Origin: Octopus vulgaris
Taxonomy: Eukaryota
Length of the DNA: 64,000 bases
Assembly: GCA_951406725.2 (NCBI GenBank)
Contig: OX597828.1
Span: 34,224,001 to 34,288,000, forward strand
Direction: 5' to 3'
Every line of letters starts with the position of its first letter. The stretch's first letter is position 1. The position numbers and the translations under genes were made by a program. Shown piece by piece: positions 1 through 12,258 of the stretch. A model generated the notes under the pieces. The model was given only the letters and a program-made list of their open reading frames with translations. It did no database searches and had not been told where the DNA came from.

Positions 1-16
1 CCTTCGCTAAGGTGGA

Positions 17-58
<42 letters not shown>

Positions 59-720
59 GAAACAGTGACTGCAAAAATTGCATAGTAACACAAACATCGC
101 ATTATCAATAAATTATCTATTTTGGTAAAATTGTTCTTGTTTTGTTATGTTTTTGGATGGGTGGGTGTTTTTTCCCCCTTTTTTTTCTTTTATTGAAATC
201 TAAAAAAAAAAAAGCAAGAAACAAAACAAAACCAGGGTGGAGATGTAATTCCAAAGTTTCTGACAAACTTTTATTTCTTATAAATTCCAGAGGGAATTTT
301 AGACAATTAGATAATTGCCATGGTTTGCTGATTATGTCTTTTATTTATTCATTTCTGTTTTGTTTCTTTGACAATGGTGCTTCTCCCACTCAACCAGACA
401 ATTGACACAGAGACAAACAGCCAGTCATCTATCAAATTCTCTAGTTCCTATCCATTCATCATCTATTTATAAACAGATAAATAAATACCCACATGCACAC
501 ACACACAAACATATGCACGCTCACACAATAATAATAATAATAATAATAATAAAGCAAGAGAAGAAAGTACTTGTGGACTAATAGATGTCACATGACCACA
601 ATAGTACCAACTATAAGCACACATATGCAGAAAGCAGTGTGATGATAATAAATATATGTTTTGGTGAAAGTGCAGATAATTTTTGACTTCCCCGTGTTAC
701 AGACTTGCAGATTAAAAGTA

Positions 721-732
<12 letters not shown>

Positions 733-754
<22 letters not shown>

Positions 755-960
755 TCTTTTTATTGGCCACAAGGGCTGACAAACATGATTGGAAAACATA
801 AAGGGACAAAACAGGACGAAAGGTTACAAAAGGTTTTGTCTGTTTTTCGAAAGAAAAAAGTCCGTGTAAACAAGCTTTACAACAACGTAAAAAATTCAAC
901 AATTTACAAAACTCCCAATAGAGGAGACGCTTCGAAAAAAAGAAAGGGTCTCACGTGGAA
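733..960 (-). mobile_element. LINE-like 3' UTR with AATAAA and an (ATT)n tail
   Basis: Minus strand ends GTCAGCCCTTGTGGCCAATAAAAAGAATTT-(ATT)n. Confidence 0.5.
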
Positions 961-1468
961 ATAATAATAAACCAGAGAAGAAAATATTTGTGGACTGATA
1001 GATGTGGACTAATAGATGTCACATGACCACAATAGTACCAACTATAAGCACACTACGCAGAAAGCAGTGTGATGATAATTAATATATGTTATGGTGAAAG
1101 TGTGGATAATTTTTGACTTCCTCTTGTATATTAGCAACAAAAGCAGAGTTAATACTGGGAGGTAACATTTAACCACACTTAATCATAGCTGTTCTGTTAG
1201 AACAAACATTACGGCAGAAGAAGACACCATGGGAGAAAATCTCATATTGGCTTTTGGTGTAAAATACATGCTTGTTTACATCGGTTTGGTTGGCCTGAGG
1301 CTATAGTAGAAGACACTTGCCCAAAGTGCCACACAAAAGGACTGAACCCAGAATCAGGTGGTTGGGAAGCAAGCTCCTTACCACACAGTCACACCTGTAT
1401 GGAGAATTTCTTGTTTCTTCATGAACTCTGGCAAGTCAATGGAAACAACAACACAAACAACAAAAATC

Positions 1469-1572
1469 ACCAAAAGTAAAATACTGAGAGAAGGAAATTA
1501 ACCAAAAGTAAAATACTGAGAGAAGGAAATTAACCAAAAGTAAAATACTGAGAGAAGGAAATTAACCAAAAG
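1469..1572. repeat. 32-bp minisatellite x3.25
   Basis: ACCAAAAGTAAAATACTGAGAGAAGGAAATTA repeated exactly. Confidence 0.95.
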
Positions 1573-1923
1573 CTTCTTGTGTTTTATTGCGTTTGCTATC
1601 TTTAACAGTTTTCCATAGATAACGAGCACCTATTCATTAACTAATCTCAACAGGACACATGCAATGCTTACATAAAATCCGAACTGAGCTCAGCTTTCTT
1701 TGGTATTAAGGGGATCGACAATAAGTTCTATTGTTCCTCGATCATGTCATTGTATATCACAGGTGTAATTGTCCAGAAATTCTGTTACCTATTTGTAACA
1801 GCCAGGTGAAAATTATGCTATGGTGATTTTAAAGTGTTTTGCCAAGAGAAAAACAACAAAAGTTTCCAAACAGAAATGACTTAGCGACCAATCAATTAGT
1901 ACATTAGTATATAATATCCGTGC

Positions 1924-2042
<119 letters not shown>

Positions 2043-2240
2043 TTCATATATATATGTATATACAGGGTGGCAGAGCAGGTATTCAGTGCTATAACTTCAT
2101 GTGAACTCAACAGAGACTGTATCTCAAATATATGATGAAACAGAATATTTTATCACCAAAAGTACTCAATGAATCACTTGGTAGTCAATAATATGACTTA
2201 GATATGAATTAAATATTCAAATAATCTACTTTTTTAATTC

Positions 2241-2272
<32 letters not shown>

Positions 2273-2277
<5 letters not shown>

Positions 2278-2525
2278 CCCCACTACTTTATTATCTCCCC
2301 TTCTATCTAGTTCCCCTGTTTGATCACCTTTGTCTGGCATTCGCCATGGTTGATTGCTAGGCACTAAACCATTATTTTCTCTCCCTGTTTATTTCTGTGT
2401 TTCTTTCTGTTGAAGAGCTTAGGCTCGAAACGTAAAAGACTTTCTCACTTTCCAAGCGTTAAACTAATACACCTGTTTGCTGTTTATACACCTTCCTTCA
2501 GTTTTTGTTTTGCTTTTTTGTAAAT

Positions 2526-2531
<6 letters not shown>
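2273..2531 (+). mobile_element. Penelope-like 3' terminal (pLTR) fragment embedded in (TA)n
   Basis: Pyrimidine-rich body containing a hammerhead, with (TA)n on both sides. A related copy lies on the minus strand at ~32940-33120. Confidence 0.6.
2402..2439 (+). ncRNA. Minimal type-I hammerhead motif with a mutated core (CUGUUGA), in a Penelope-like terminal repeat
   Basis: TCTTT-CTGTTGA-A-GAGC-ttag-GCTC-GAAA-CG-TA-AAAGA; stems I and II pair. Confidence 0.65.
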
Positions 2532-2566
<35 letters not shown>

Positions 2567-2587
2567 TATATATACATACATATATGA

Positions 2588-2621
<34 letters not shown>

Positions 2622-2670
2622 GTATATGAATATATATACATACATATATACATATACTTACATATATATG

Positions 2671-2716
<46 letters not shown>

Positions 2717-3185
2717 TATATATATTTTTATGTATGTATATATGTGTATATATATATGTGTGTGTGGGTGTGTATGAGTGTGTGTGTATGTGCGTGTGTA
2801 TGTGTAGAAACATGGCTCAGTGGTTAGAGCATCAGGCTTATGATCATGAGATAGTGAGTTCAGTTCTCAGGCCAGGCTGTGTGTTGTGTTCTTGAGCAAG
2901 ACACTTTATTTCACGTTGCTCCAGTTCACTTAGCTGTAGAAATGAGTTGTGACATCACTGGTACCAAGCTGTATTGGCCCCTTTGCCTTTCCCTTGAATA
3001 ATATCGGTAGCATAGAGAGGGGCGGCTGGGATATGTGGGCGACTGCTTGTCTTCCATATGCAACCTTGCCTGGACTTGTTTCTTGGAGGGAAACTCTCTA
3101 GGTGCAATCTCATGGTAATTTATGACCAAGGAGGTTCTTTAACCTTTTATATATATATCATGTACTAAATATATATGTGTGTGAC

Positions 3186-3379
3186 TGCATGTGACTGCGA
3201 TTTTTTTTCCTCCGTCTTCCCTTCTCTGGATCTTTCCTTTTTCTTATGTTTCTGACGAAGAGCTCCGCTCGAAACGTAAAACCCTCCTTCTTCCCTTCCT
3301 TCCTGAGCATCCAATAATATTATATTTGTTCCACGTCCTCGCATTGTTGTGTTTTCTCTTTGTGTTTTCATCTTTGGAT

Positions 3380-3396
<17 letters not shown>
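3186..3396 (+). mobile_element. Penelope-like pLTR fragment; homologue at ~29848-30050
   Basis: Contains a hammerhead and ends TTGGATTAAC-(TA)n; a closely similar body occurs at 29848-30050. Confidence 0.65.
3248..3282 (+). ncRNA. Minimal type-I hammerhead ribozyme motif, intact core
   Basis: GTTT-CTGACGA-A-GAGC-tcc-GCTC-GAAA-CG-TA-AAAC: conserved CUGANGA/GAAA/UH core, stem I GTTT/AAAC, stem II GAGC/GCTC, palindromic ACGT in place of stem III. Confidence 0.8.
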
Positions 3397-3434
<38 letters not shown>

Positions 3435-3903
3435 TTTTATATTTTTACTTGTCTCAGTCATTTGACTGCAGCCATGCTGGAGCACAGCCTTTATTCGAAC
3501 AAGCGACTTATTCTTTGTAAGCCTCGTACTTTTTCTATTATTCGCTTTTGCTAAACTGCTAAGTTATGGGGACGTAAACACAGCAACATCAGAAGTCAAG
3601 TGGTGGGGGGACAAATACAGACACACAAATACATACATACATGCATATATATAAATATATATATATATATACGATGGCCTTCTTTCAGTTTCCATCTACC
3701 AAATCCACTCACAAGGCTTTTTCGTTGGCCTGAGGTTATAGTAGAAGACACTTGCCCAAGTGCCATGCAGTGGGACTGAACCTGGAAACATGTGGTTGGG
3801 AAGCAAGTTTCTTACTACACATATAAACATTTTTTCTTCAGTTTCATACACACACACAGATTAGGTGACTTCTGATGGTTGACCCTTATGCAGCGTTTGC
3901 CTG

Positions 3904-3960
3904 TTATATGCAAGAAAATTCTGAGTAGTAAGGATGTGACTCATCACCATCAACAGTTTT
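3904..3960 (-). other. Candidate terminal coding exon of an unidentified host gene
   Basis: TTTGTATTTCTTAG acceptor followed by KTVDGDESHPYYSEFSCI* in non-repetitive sequence; no homology recognised. Confidence 0.25.
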
Positions 3961-4299
3961 CTAAGAAATACAAACTCTAAACCATTTATGGAATACAATT
4001 TCATTTCTTTGAAACCAAATACAGAAAAAAAGAAGGAAAGCAAAAGGGTTAGAGAGAGCTAAAGAAGAAGTGGCTGAGATATATATGTTTAAATGCACTA
4101 TTGGTTCTACATGTAGCAGCTATGTGTTAGAGAATTTCAATGCAACCGGATATTTATTTGGCTACTTCTGTTACAGAGATTATTTGCCAACATAACATGG
4201 CAGCCTTGGTTTAGGATGAATGTGGCTATACGACACGATCTACGTCCTTATATTTTTGAACAAGGGCATTTGGCACTCCTACCCAGCTCAAAACAATAT

Positions 4300-4342
4300 C
4301 TGTGTATCGCGATTTCCAGGTTATTTCCCTTCATCAACACAG
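4300..4342 (-). ncRNA. Hammerhead motif (C3 to U variant), left arm of the palindromic element
   Basis: Reverse complement reads CTGTG-TTGATGA-AGGGAAATAACCTG-GAAA-TCGCGA-TA-CACAG; stem III region is the palindrome ATCGCGAT. Confidence 0.65.
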
Positions 4343-4475
4343 AATGATTGTTCAGTTAGAGGTGGTGCTGCCAAATTCTTGTTCGAAATATATAGTTTTC
4401 AAAGTGACAATTAGTCACTGATCTATAAAATAGAAAATTACTTCTTGTAAGTCTCTCAATGAGAGAACAATTATC

Positions 4476-4518
4476 CTGTGCTGATGAAGGGAAATAACCA
4501 GGAAATCAGGATACGCAG
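4476..4518 (+). ncRNA. Hammerhead motif, right arm of the palindromic element
   Basis: CTGTG-CTGATGA-AGGGAAATAACCAG-GAAA-TCAGGA-TA-CGCAG; stem I CTGTG/CGCAG; stem II imperfect. Confidence 0.65.
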
Positions 4519-4958
4519 ATATCGTGATTTGTTTTGAGCTGGGTGGAGGTGCTAGATTCCCTTGTTTGAAAATATAAGGACACAGATCGTGTTGTATAGC
4601 CAGCTGGAGATGATGTCTCCTGAAGCTAAATTACAGCAACATTCATCCTAAACCAGGTCTGCCTTGTTATGTCAGTAAAAAATCTTTACTCCAGAGTACT
4701 GTTGCTGAATATCTCTCATTGAGAGATTTACAAATAGTAATTCTCTATACTTCTGTTACATATTACTACTATGTGTGAACTAAAACTTTGTTAGGACATG
4801 TTTTGTCATTCCATTCTCTGCTAACCTTCAAATTACATTTCGGTCTGATATACAAATTTAGAAACATAATTACTATTATTTATATATGTGTATGTATGTA
4901 TGCATAAATATCTACCCTTTAAGTATGTCAGTATATGTTGTGGATCTGTTTGTGTGCA

Positions 4959-4991
<33 letters not shown>

Positions 4992-5138
4992 TCACTACAC
5001 TCACAGAGTGGTTGGTGTTAGGAAGGGCATCCAGCTGTAGAAACACTGCCAGATCAGACTGGGCTTGGTGCAGCCTTCTGGCTTCCCAGACCCCAGTTGA
5101 ACCGTCCAACCCATGCCAGCATAGAAAGCAGACGTTAA

Positions 5139-5173
<35 letters not shown>

Positions 5174-5230
5174 ATATATATGTGTGTGTGTGTGTTATTT
5201 ACATTTATTTACATTTATTTCACCCAGTAT

Positions 5231-5287
5231 GTTTTGCTGATGAAGGAAAGGTTATTAAACTAATCCAGAAATTAGTCAATTCAAAAC
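5231..5287 (+). ncRNA. Type-I hammerhead motif
   Basis: GTTTTG-CTGATGA-AGGA...TCCA-GAAA-TTAGTCAA-TT-CAAAAC; perfect 6-bp stem I GTTTTG/CAAAAC. Confidence 0.65.
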
Positions 5288-5500
5288 TATCTGAATTATT
5301 TTATGTATTTTTAGCCAGTCTGGTTTTTCCTGCTTTCAGCTCGTACAATTATTTATGGAGTGAATATTTGAAATGGTAGGACGTATTCAACGTATTCCTT
5401 CAGCATATAAGCATAAAAGCTTTTGTGCCCTTAAATATAATTGTACCCTATGCAATTATCTCCCCCTCTCTCTCTATCTCACTCTCTCTGTATGTATGTA

Positions 5501-5547
<47 letters not shown>

Positions 5548-5585
5548 CATCATCATCATCGTTTAATGTCCGTTTTCCATGCTAG

Positions 5586-5960
5586 TGCAATTGACACCAT
5601 GGATTTTCTGGGATTGTAATCAATGGTCTGTTGAGCTTGCTGGATAAATTCAGGTGTTTTGATGATTTCAGAGCATTTAGAATGCTTTTTATGCTTTGAT
5701 ACTGGTGATACGTTTCCATCTTCAGTCTCTAGCTCCTTACAAACTTTGTAGACAAAGGATGTGGCAACTTTTAAAAATCAAGATATTTCTAAATTGCTAT
5801 GCTCAGCCTTTATAACCACAATAACAGCATGCCTCTTCATTTCTTGAGTTAGCTGAGGGTCTGTCATTATAATTTTCTGAAACAAAGATTATACAGAGTT
5901 AGCAAACAATGCAGCAATGAGCCAGAAAAGATATGTCCTCAAATACCTTACATAGCCTGT
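5586..5960 (-). mobile_element. Tc1/mariner-superfamily 5' fragment (transposase HTH N-terminus)
   Basis: From ATG 5867: MTDPQLTQEMKRHAVIVVIKAEHSNLEIS*FLKVATSFVYKVCKELE...TPEFIQQAQQTIDYNPRKSM. Confidence 0.7.
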
Positions 5961-5984
5961 ATGTATATATATATTGGCCTCTAT

Positions 5985-6293
5985 GCCGGTGGCACGTAAA
6001 AGAGCACCATTCGATTGTGGCCGTTTGCCAGCCTCGTCTGGCTCCCGTGATGGTGGCACATAAAAAGCACCATCCGATCGTGGCCGTTTGCCAACCTCGT
6101 CTGGCACCTGTGGAGGTGGCACGTAAAAAGCACCCACTACACTCACGGGGTGGATGGCGTTAGGAAGGGCATACAGCTGTAGAAACACTGCCAGATTAGA
6201 CTGGGCCTGGCACAGCCTTCTGGCTTCCCAGACCCCAGTTGAACCGTCCAACCCATGCTAGCATGGAAAACGGATGTTAAACGATGATGATGA
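5985..6293 (+). mobile_element. Retroelement 3' end with a (GAT)n tail (RTE-like UTR family; also at 4994-5172, 12332-12560, 15290-15530, 20440-20870)
   Basis: GGCACGTAAAAAGCACC tandem units followed by the conserved AGGAAGGGCATCCAGC..CCAACCCATGCTAGCATGGAAAACGGA-(GAT)n end. Confidence 0.7.
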
Positions 6294-7092
6294 TATATAT
6301 ATGTATGTGTGTGTGTATGTGTGTTTGTGTGTATGTATGTATGTATGTATATCTATGTGTGGGTGTGTATATGTCTTTATGTGGATATGTGCTTGTGTTT
6401 GTTTCCCATCCTTACTTGACATGCAGTGTTGGCAGTAAATAGAGACCAAAGAGACAAGTCCCAGATTGAAAAATAAATTGCTGGTGTCAATTTATTTTAC
6501 AAAACCCTTCTAGATGGTGCTCCAGAATGGCTCCAGAATGGTTGCAGTTCAAATGCCTGAAGCAAATAGAAAATAAATGATTACAAGATAAAGCATGAGT
6601 AGTGATGGGTAACGAAGAGTAGTCCGAGGGAGAGAGGGGGAGGAAAGGATGGAGATGGGAGGGCGAGAAAGGGGTGAAAGAGGGAAGGAGGGGAGAGAGA
6701 GAGTAAGAGGTAGAGAAGGAAAAAGACAAAAAGGGGAGAGGGAGAGAGAGGGGAAGAGTCACGGAGGGAAATAGACTAAAAGGGAGAGGGAGAAAGAAAG
6801 AGAGAAAGAAAGAGTGAAAGAGAGAGAGAGAGATGTATGGCAGATCATAGGGTGAAGTTAAACATAGTTCCAGTGAAAGGTGGGGGTGTGGTAAGGATGG
6901 CAGAATGCATGGGGTTAGTGAAAGGCGTGGTGGTGTTACCATTTGCTATTTCTTTGCCTTTCATCCTTTCGGGGTCGATTAATTAAGTACCAGCTACGCT
7001 CTGGGGTCGATGTAATCGACTTAATCCGTTTGTCTGTCCTTGTTTATCCCCTCTGTGTTTAGCCCCTTGTGGGTAGTAAAGAAATATATATA

Positions 7093-7515
7093 CAGGTGTG
7101 TCTGTGTGGTAAGAAACTTGCTTCCCAACCACATGGTTCTGGGTTCAGTCCCACTGTGTGGCACCTTGAGCAAGTGTCTTCTACTATAGCCTCAGGCTGA
7201 CCAAAGCCTTGTGAGTGTATTTGGTAAATGGAAACTGAAAGAAGCCCATCGTATATGTGTGTGTGTGTGCGTGTGTGTGTGTGTGTGTGTTTGTGTGTGT
7301 GTATGTATTTGTGTGTCTGTGTTTGTCCTGCCACCATCACTTGACAATCGATGTTGGTGTGCTTACGTCCCCGTAACTTAGCAGTCCAGCAAATAGAGAC
7401 CGATAGAATAAGTACTAGACTTACAAAGAATAAGTCCTGGAGTAAGTTTGTTCGACTAAAGGCAGTGCTCCAGCATGGCCACAGTGAAATGACTGAAACA
7501 AGTAAAAGAATAAAA
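7093..7515 (+). mobile_element. tRNA-derived SINE family A (internal microsatellite, AAAAGAGT/AAAAGAAT tail)
   Basis: Head TGTGTGGTAAG..GGTTCAGTCCCA (A/B boxes), internal (GT)n, conserved 3' part. Roughly 20 full or partial copies in the window. Confidence 0.85.
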
Positions 7516-7698
7516 GAATTGAAACATACAGACATACATATTTACATCCCCCCCCTGCACATACAAATACATACATACTGTTATACATACATGAACATTC
7601 CAGAAACTCTCCATGCGAGTTTCCTATGCAAAACTTATAGAAACATGTAAAATGATTCAGGGATTTCTCCATCAGGTACATATCCTAAGCCAGGCATG

Positions 7699-8113
7699 TA
7701 CTCTTTTACTCTTTTACTTGTTTCAGTCATTTGACTGCGGCCATGCTGGAGCACCGCCTTTAGTCGAGCAAATTGACCCCGGGACTTATTCTTTGTAAGC
7801 CCAGTACTTATTTTATCAGTCTCTTTTGCCGAACCGCTATGTGACGGGGACGTAAACACACCAGCATCGGTTGTCAAGCAATGCTAGGGGGACAAACACA
7901 GACACACAAACATATACACACACACTTATATATATATATATACATATATACGACAGGCTTCTTTCAGTTTCCGTCTACCAAATCCACCCACAAGGCATTG
8001 GTCAGCCCGGGGCTATAGCAGAAGACACTTGCCCAAGATGCCATGCAGTGGGACTGAACCCGGAACCATGTGGTTGGTTAGCAAGCTACTTACCACACAG
8101 CCACTCCTGCGCC
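7699..8113 (-). mobile_element. SINE family A, full length
   Basis: Near-identical to the copies at 28414-28830 and 44204-44561. Confidence 0.9.
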
Positions 8114-8840
8114 TATATGCACACTTCCATTTATAAACATATGGAATGCATGAACATATACACATATGAGTGAAACAGATAAATGCTAGTTGAGCACCGG
8201 AGTCGATGTAATTGCCTAATGCCCTCCACCAAAATTTCAGGCCTTGTGCCTATTGCAGGATTAAAAAAACATAGGCAGAGAGAGGATACAGCATATCTTG
8301 TATACTAAAGTCTAAAAAGTGCAAAGACTGATACTTGTATACTAAAATGTGAAATGCATGTCCACCATAGAAATGCAAGGTGCCTATGAGCACAAACATG
8401 TGTTTATAGACACATCAACCGATCCAGATGACCACAAACCCCCAACACCTGTCTTAAGGGAAACAAAAGGGTCTAACCACTTAGTTAATGGCCAGCTTGA
8501 ATTCTTCTAGTGAAAAACAAAATCCTAAAGAATAGACATTTATAAATACCTACAAACATGCATACATACATACACACATGCATGCATACATTCAAGTAAA
8601 CACACACAAACACACACACACACATGCACACACGCATGCATTCACACATACACACACACATGCACATGTGCACACACGCACACAAATCCTAAAGAATATA
8701 CCTATATAAATACCTTCATATATACATACATACACACACACATACATACATGCAGTAAACACACACAATCACACACACATCCACACACACACACACACAC
8801 ACACAATCACACAAGTAAACACACACAATCACACACACAT

Positions 8841-8882
<42 letters not shown>

Positions 8883-9327
8883 CCTAAAGAATATACATTT
8901 ATAAATACCTACATACATGTGTACATACATACACACACACACACATACAGACATGCAAGTAAACACACACAAACACACACACATCCACACACACGCACAC
9001 ATCCACACACACACACACACACACACACAGTCCATTGTTTCAAATCAGAAAAACAGAAAAGTAACATTCAATTCATTGAAATAAGATTAAAGTTAGAACA
9101 CAAAATAGCTTCAAATAGTTGGCATTAAATGTTTTATCCATTGCCATCATAAAATGTATGCTTCTTTTAGAATGAAAACAAAGGAAATAAAAAAAAAATC
9201 AAACATTATAATCCCCAAAAACCCAACAAAACAAATGAAAAGACTCATAATACATGTGAGTGGTCGCTGTTTTGTGTTTCGTTTGTCCTCTACACCAGAT
9301 CATCAGATATAAAGCATTTTAGTTTAA

Positions 9328-9546
9328 CCCTTTAGTGTTCAGATTATTCTATCAAACATATTGCTAATTGATTCTCATTGATTTGAATTAATCATGCATT
9401 ATCTCATATCTTCAAGATCTTGATGGTGTAATTACTTAATGTAGAATAACATTGTAGGGTAGGTGTGAGAGCCTGGATCTGGTCAGTTTGAACATAAAAC
9501 AGATGAAATATTTTGGCCGGATATGGCCGGTTTAAATACTAAAGGG
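9328..9546. mobile_element. piggyBac-type MITE
   Basis: TTAA|CCCTTTAGT...ACTAAAGGG|TTAA. A rearranged copy lies at ~12205-12964. Confidence 0.85.
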
Positions 9547-10689
9547 TTAAACAATTCGGAAGATGAATTAGTGATGAAGTGTCTCTACCAAAGATGGAAA
9601 CTTCTCACCTAGGAGTTGAATTTTTCCCACATCCAAGTTTAAAATTTCCTGCTGGAAAGTTCTCTAAAACTAGCAAAAAAAAAATTTTTTTTTAAATCAA
9701 ATGCAGGTGTGGCTGTGTGGTAAGAAGCTTGCTTCTCAACCACATGGTTCCAGATTCAGTCTCCTGCTATGGCACTTTATGCAAGTGTCTTCTACTAAAG
9801 CCTTGGGCCAACCAAAGCCTTGTGAGTGAATTTGGTAGGTGGAAACTAAAAGAAGCCTGTCGTCTATATGTGTGTGTGTGTGTGTGTGTATCTATGTGCG
9901 TGTATCTATGTGTGTTTGTCCCCAGTCACCACCTGACAACTGATGTTGGTTTGTTTACTTCCCTGTAATTTAGTGGGTCGACAAAAAAAAAATTCAATAG
10001 AATGAGTACCAGACCTTAACAAAATATGTCCTGGGTTTGATTTGTTAAACTCAAAACCCTTTAAGGTGGTGCCCCAGCATGGCCACGGTCAAATGACTGA
10101 AACAAGGAAAAGATAAAGAATAAAAGACCAAAATATGAATATCAAAATAGTAATTCAAAGAAAGTTTCTTAACAATTTTGTCGCCATTGTTCTATTGAAA
10201 TGTTACAGTTAATTTTGAAAATGATTAAGAATTTAGTCAAATGTCTTTGTCATTGTTAGTCTACTGTTTGGAACGTAAATTAAAATGAAATTTAGATGGA
10301 AAGCTTGAATTCAGATCACTTTAGACAGGAAGTTTGTATCAGGCAGTGGGTATCAAAAAAATTAATTATGAATTTGTAAAGTCACTCGCAGACACACTTC
10401 AGCTATTGGACCAAGAATGTTGTATCCTCTCTCTGACTATTTTTTTTTAATCCTACAACAAACTTTTCTGCTATAGGCACAAGGTCTGAAATTTTAGAGG
10501 AGGGGGTAGTCAATTACATCGCCCCCACTGCTCAACTGGGGCTAATTTTAGCAACTTCAAAAGGATGAAAGGCTAAGTCAACCTTGGTGGTATTTCAACT
10601 CAGAACATAAAGAAAGAAGCAATGTCACTAAGTATTTCATCTGGCATGCTAACGACACTGCCCACTCACCGCCTAAAGTGCTTAATTGC

Positions 10690-10761
10690 CTCCCTAGTGG
10701 GGAATTGAAACATGGTCTCCTGTATGATGAGCAGGTACACTTACCACCACACTAGTGAGGA
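10690..10761 (-). pseudogene. tRNA-Asp-derived pseudogene
   Basis: TCCTCACTAGTGTGGTGGTAAGTGTACCTGCTCATCATACAGGAGACCATGTTTCAATTCCCCACTAGGGAG (72 nt) is colinear with eukaryotic tRNA-Asp(GTC). Transition-type decay; anticodon now ATC; stems disrupted. Confidence 0.7.
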
Positions 10762-12258
10762 CTGAAGTTTTATTTCTATGATAGTAGTTGCTGATAATAT
10801 TGTTTGCTTGCAGACCACTCTTCAAAAGCATATCTGCCTTCTTGACCTCTTGCTGAATCTTTGTAAACAAAAGGCTCATTCATATGGTATCTTTAGATCA
10901 CTTAAGACAGGAAGTTTGTATCAGTCAGTGGGTATCAAAAGGATTAATTATAAATTTGCAAGTGGTTGAGTACTCCACAGACACACATACCCTTATTGTA
11001 GTTCTCAGTGAGATCCGATGTGACACAGAATGTGACGATGCTGGCCCTTATTTAATTACTGGTACAACTGATTTTTGTCAGCTGAGTGGACTGGGGCAAC
11101 ATGAAATAAAGCGTCTTGCTCAAGGACACAACATGCCAACGGGGATTGAACCCATGACCTTATGATCGTGAACTGAATACCCCCAAACACTAAGACACAC
11201 TGTATCATCATCATCATCATCATAACTTACATGAGTCTGACTTACATGCTGACTTACATGAGTCTGAAAGGATTACATCATGGAAGAGTTTACAAAAAGG
11301 CTGGATGACCTTCCTGTTAGGGTCAACTTCAACTTGTTTCTGAGGGAAGTAATAATCTCCCACCACCGCCGCCGCTGCCACCATCACCGCCATCGCCACC
11401 ACCACCACCACTACCACCACCACCGCCGCCACCACCACCATTGTTTTCACATCTATTGTTGCCGACTTACATGAGTGTGACAAAAGTACACCATAGAAGA
11501 GTTTACAAAAGGCCGGATGACGTTCCTGTTAGGGTCGACTTCAACTCATTTCCGAGGGAGGTAAAAATCCCAGCCTATCCTATCATACATACACCAAACA
11601 ACTATTTGTCCTACTCCCCACCACTCGACATCTGGCATTGGTTTGTTTACACCTCCATAATGTAGCAGTTTGGCAAGAGAGACTGATAGAAGAAGTAACA
11701 GATTAAAAAAAAATAAGTACTGTGGTCAATAAAAAAAAAACATAAATGGTAACTGAGACAAGTAAACGATAAAAGTGAAACCCTGAATAGATGTAATACA
11801 GGCTCTGCATCATTTATCCTATTTATTTATTATTTTATTCAGGAAGTATAAATGATGTGGATTCAAGAGTTTTGAATGAAAATTATTTATTATTTTAAAC
11901 AATTTTCACAGTTCACTTGGCATAAAATTGCAAATAATGAATAGCTTTGCTTGCATGACAAAGAAGTCTTTTAAAAATGGAGAAGGAAAAACGCATAAAT
12001 TTTCAAACAAAAACACGTAAAATGGCAGAGGCATAATATCTAAAAAATTTAGAATAATGCCAATTTTATGTGACAAAAGAAATTATGCAAAAAAATAACA
12101 GCATGTATTGTCAAGCAATAAAAACAGTTCTTTGTTTTATGATTAAATCCATGTGACTGAAATTTTGAGAAAAAATTTCTCAAGCTGCATGTTTAACTCA
12201 CGACTGATCCTCAAACATTCAAACTGACCATATCTGGTTAAAATATTTTAACTTTTTT

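Larger units (their letters stand above)
4176..4747. mobile_element. Palindromic Penelope-like non-autonomous element with two hammerhead motifs and a 13-bp TSD
   Basis: Inverted arms at ~4176-4353 and ~4464-4688. TACTTCTGTTACA is directly repeated at 4163-4175 and 4748-4760. Hammerhead cores at 4300-4342 (-) and 4476-4518 (+). Confidence 0.8.
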
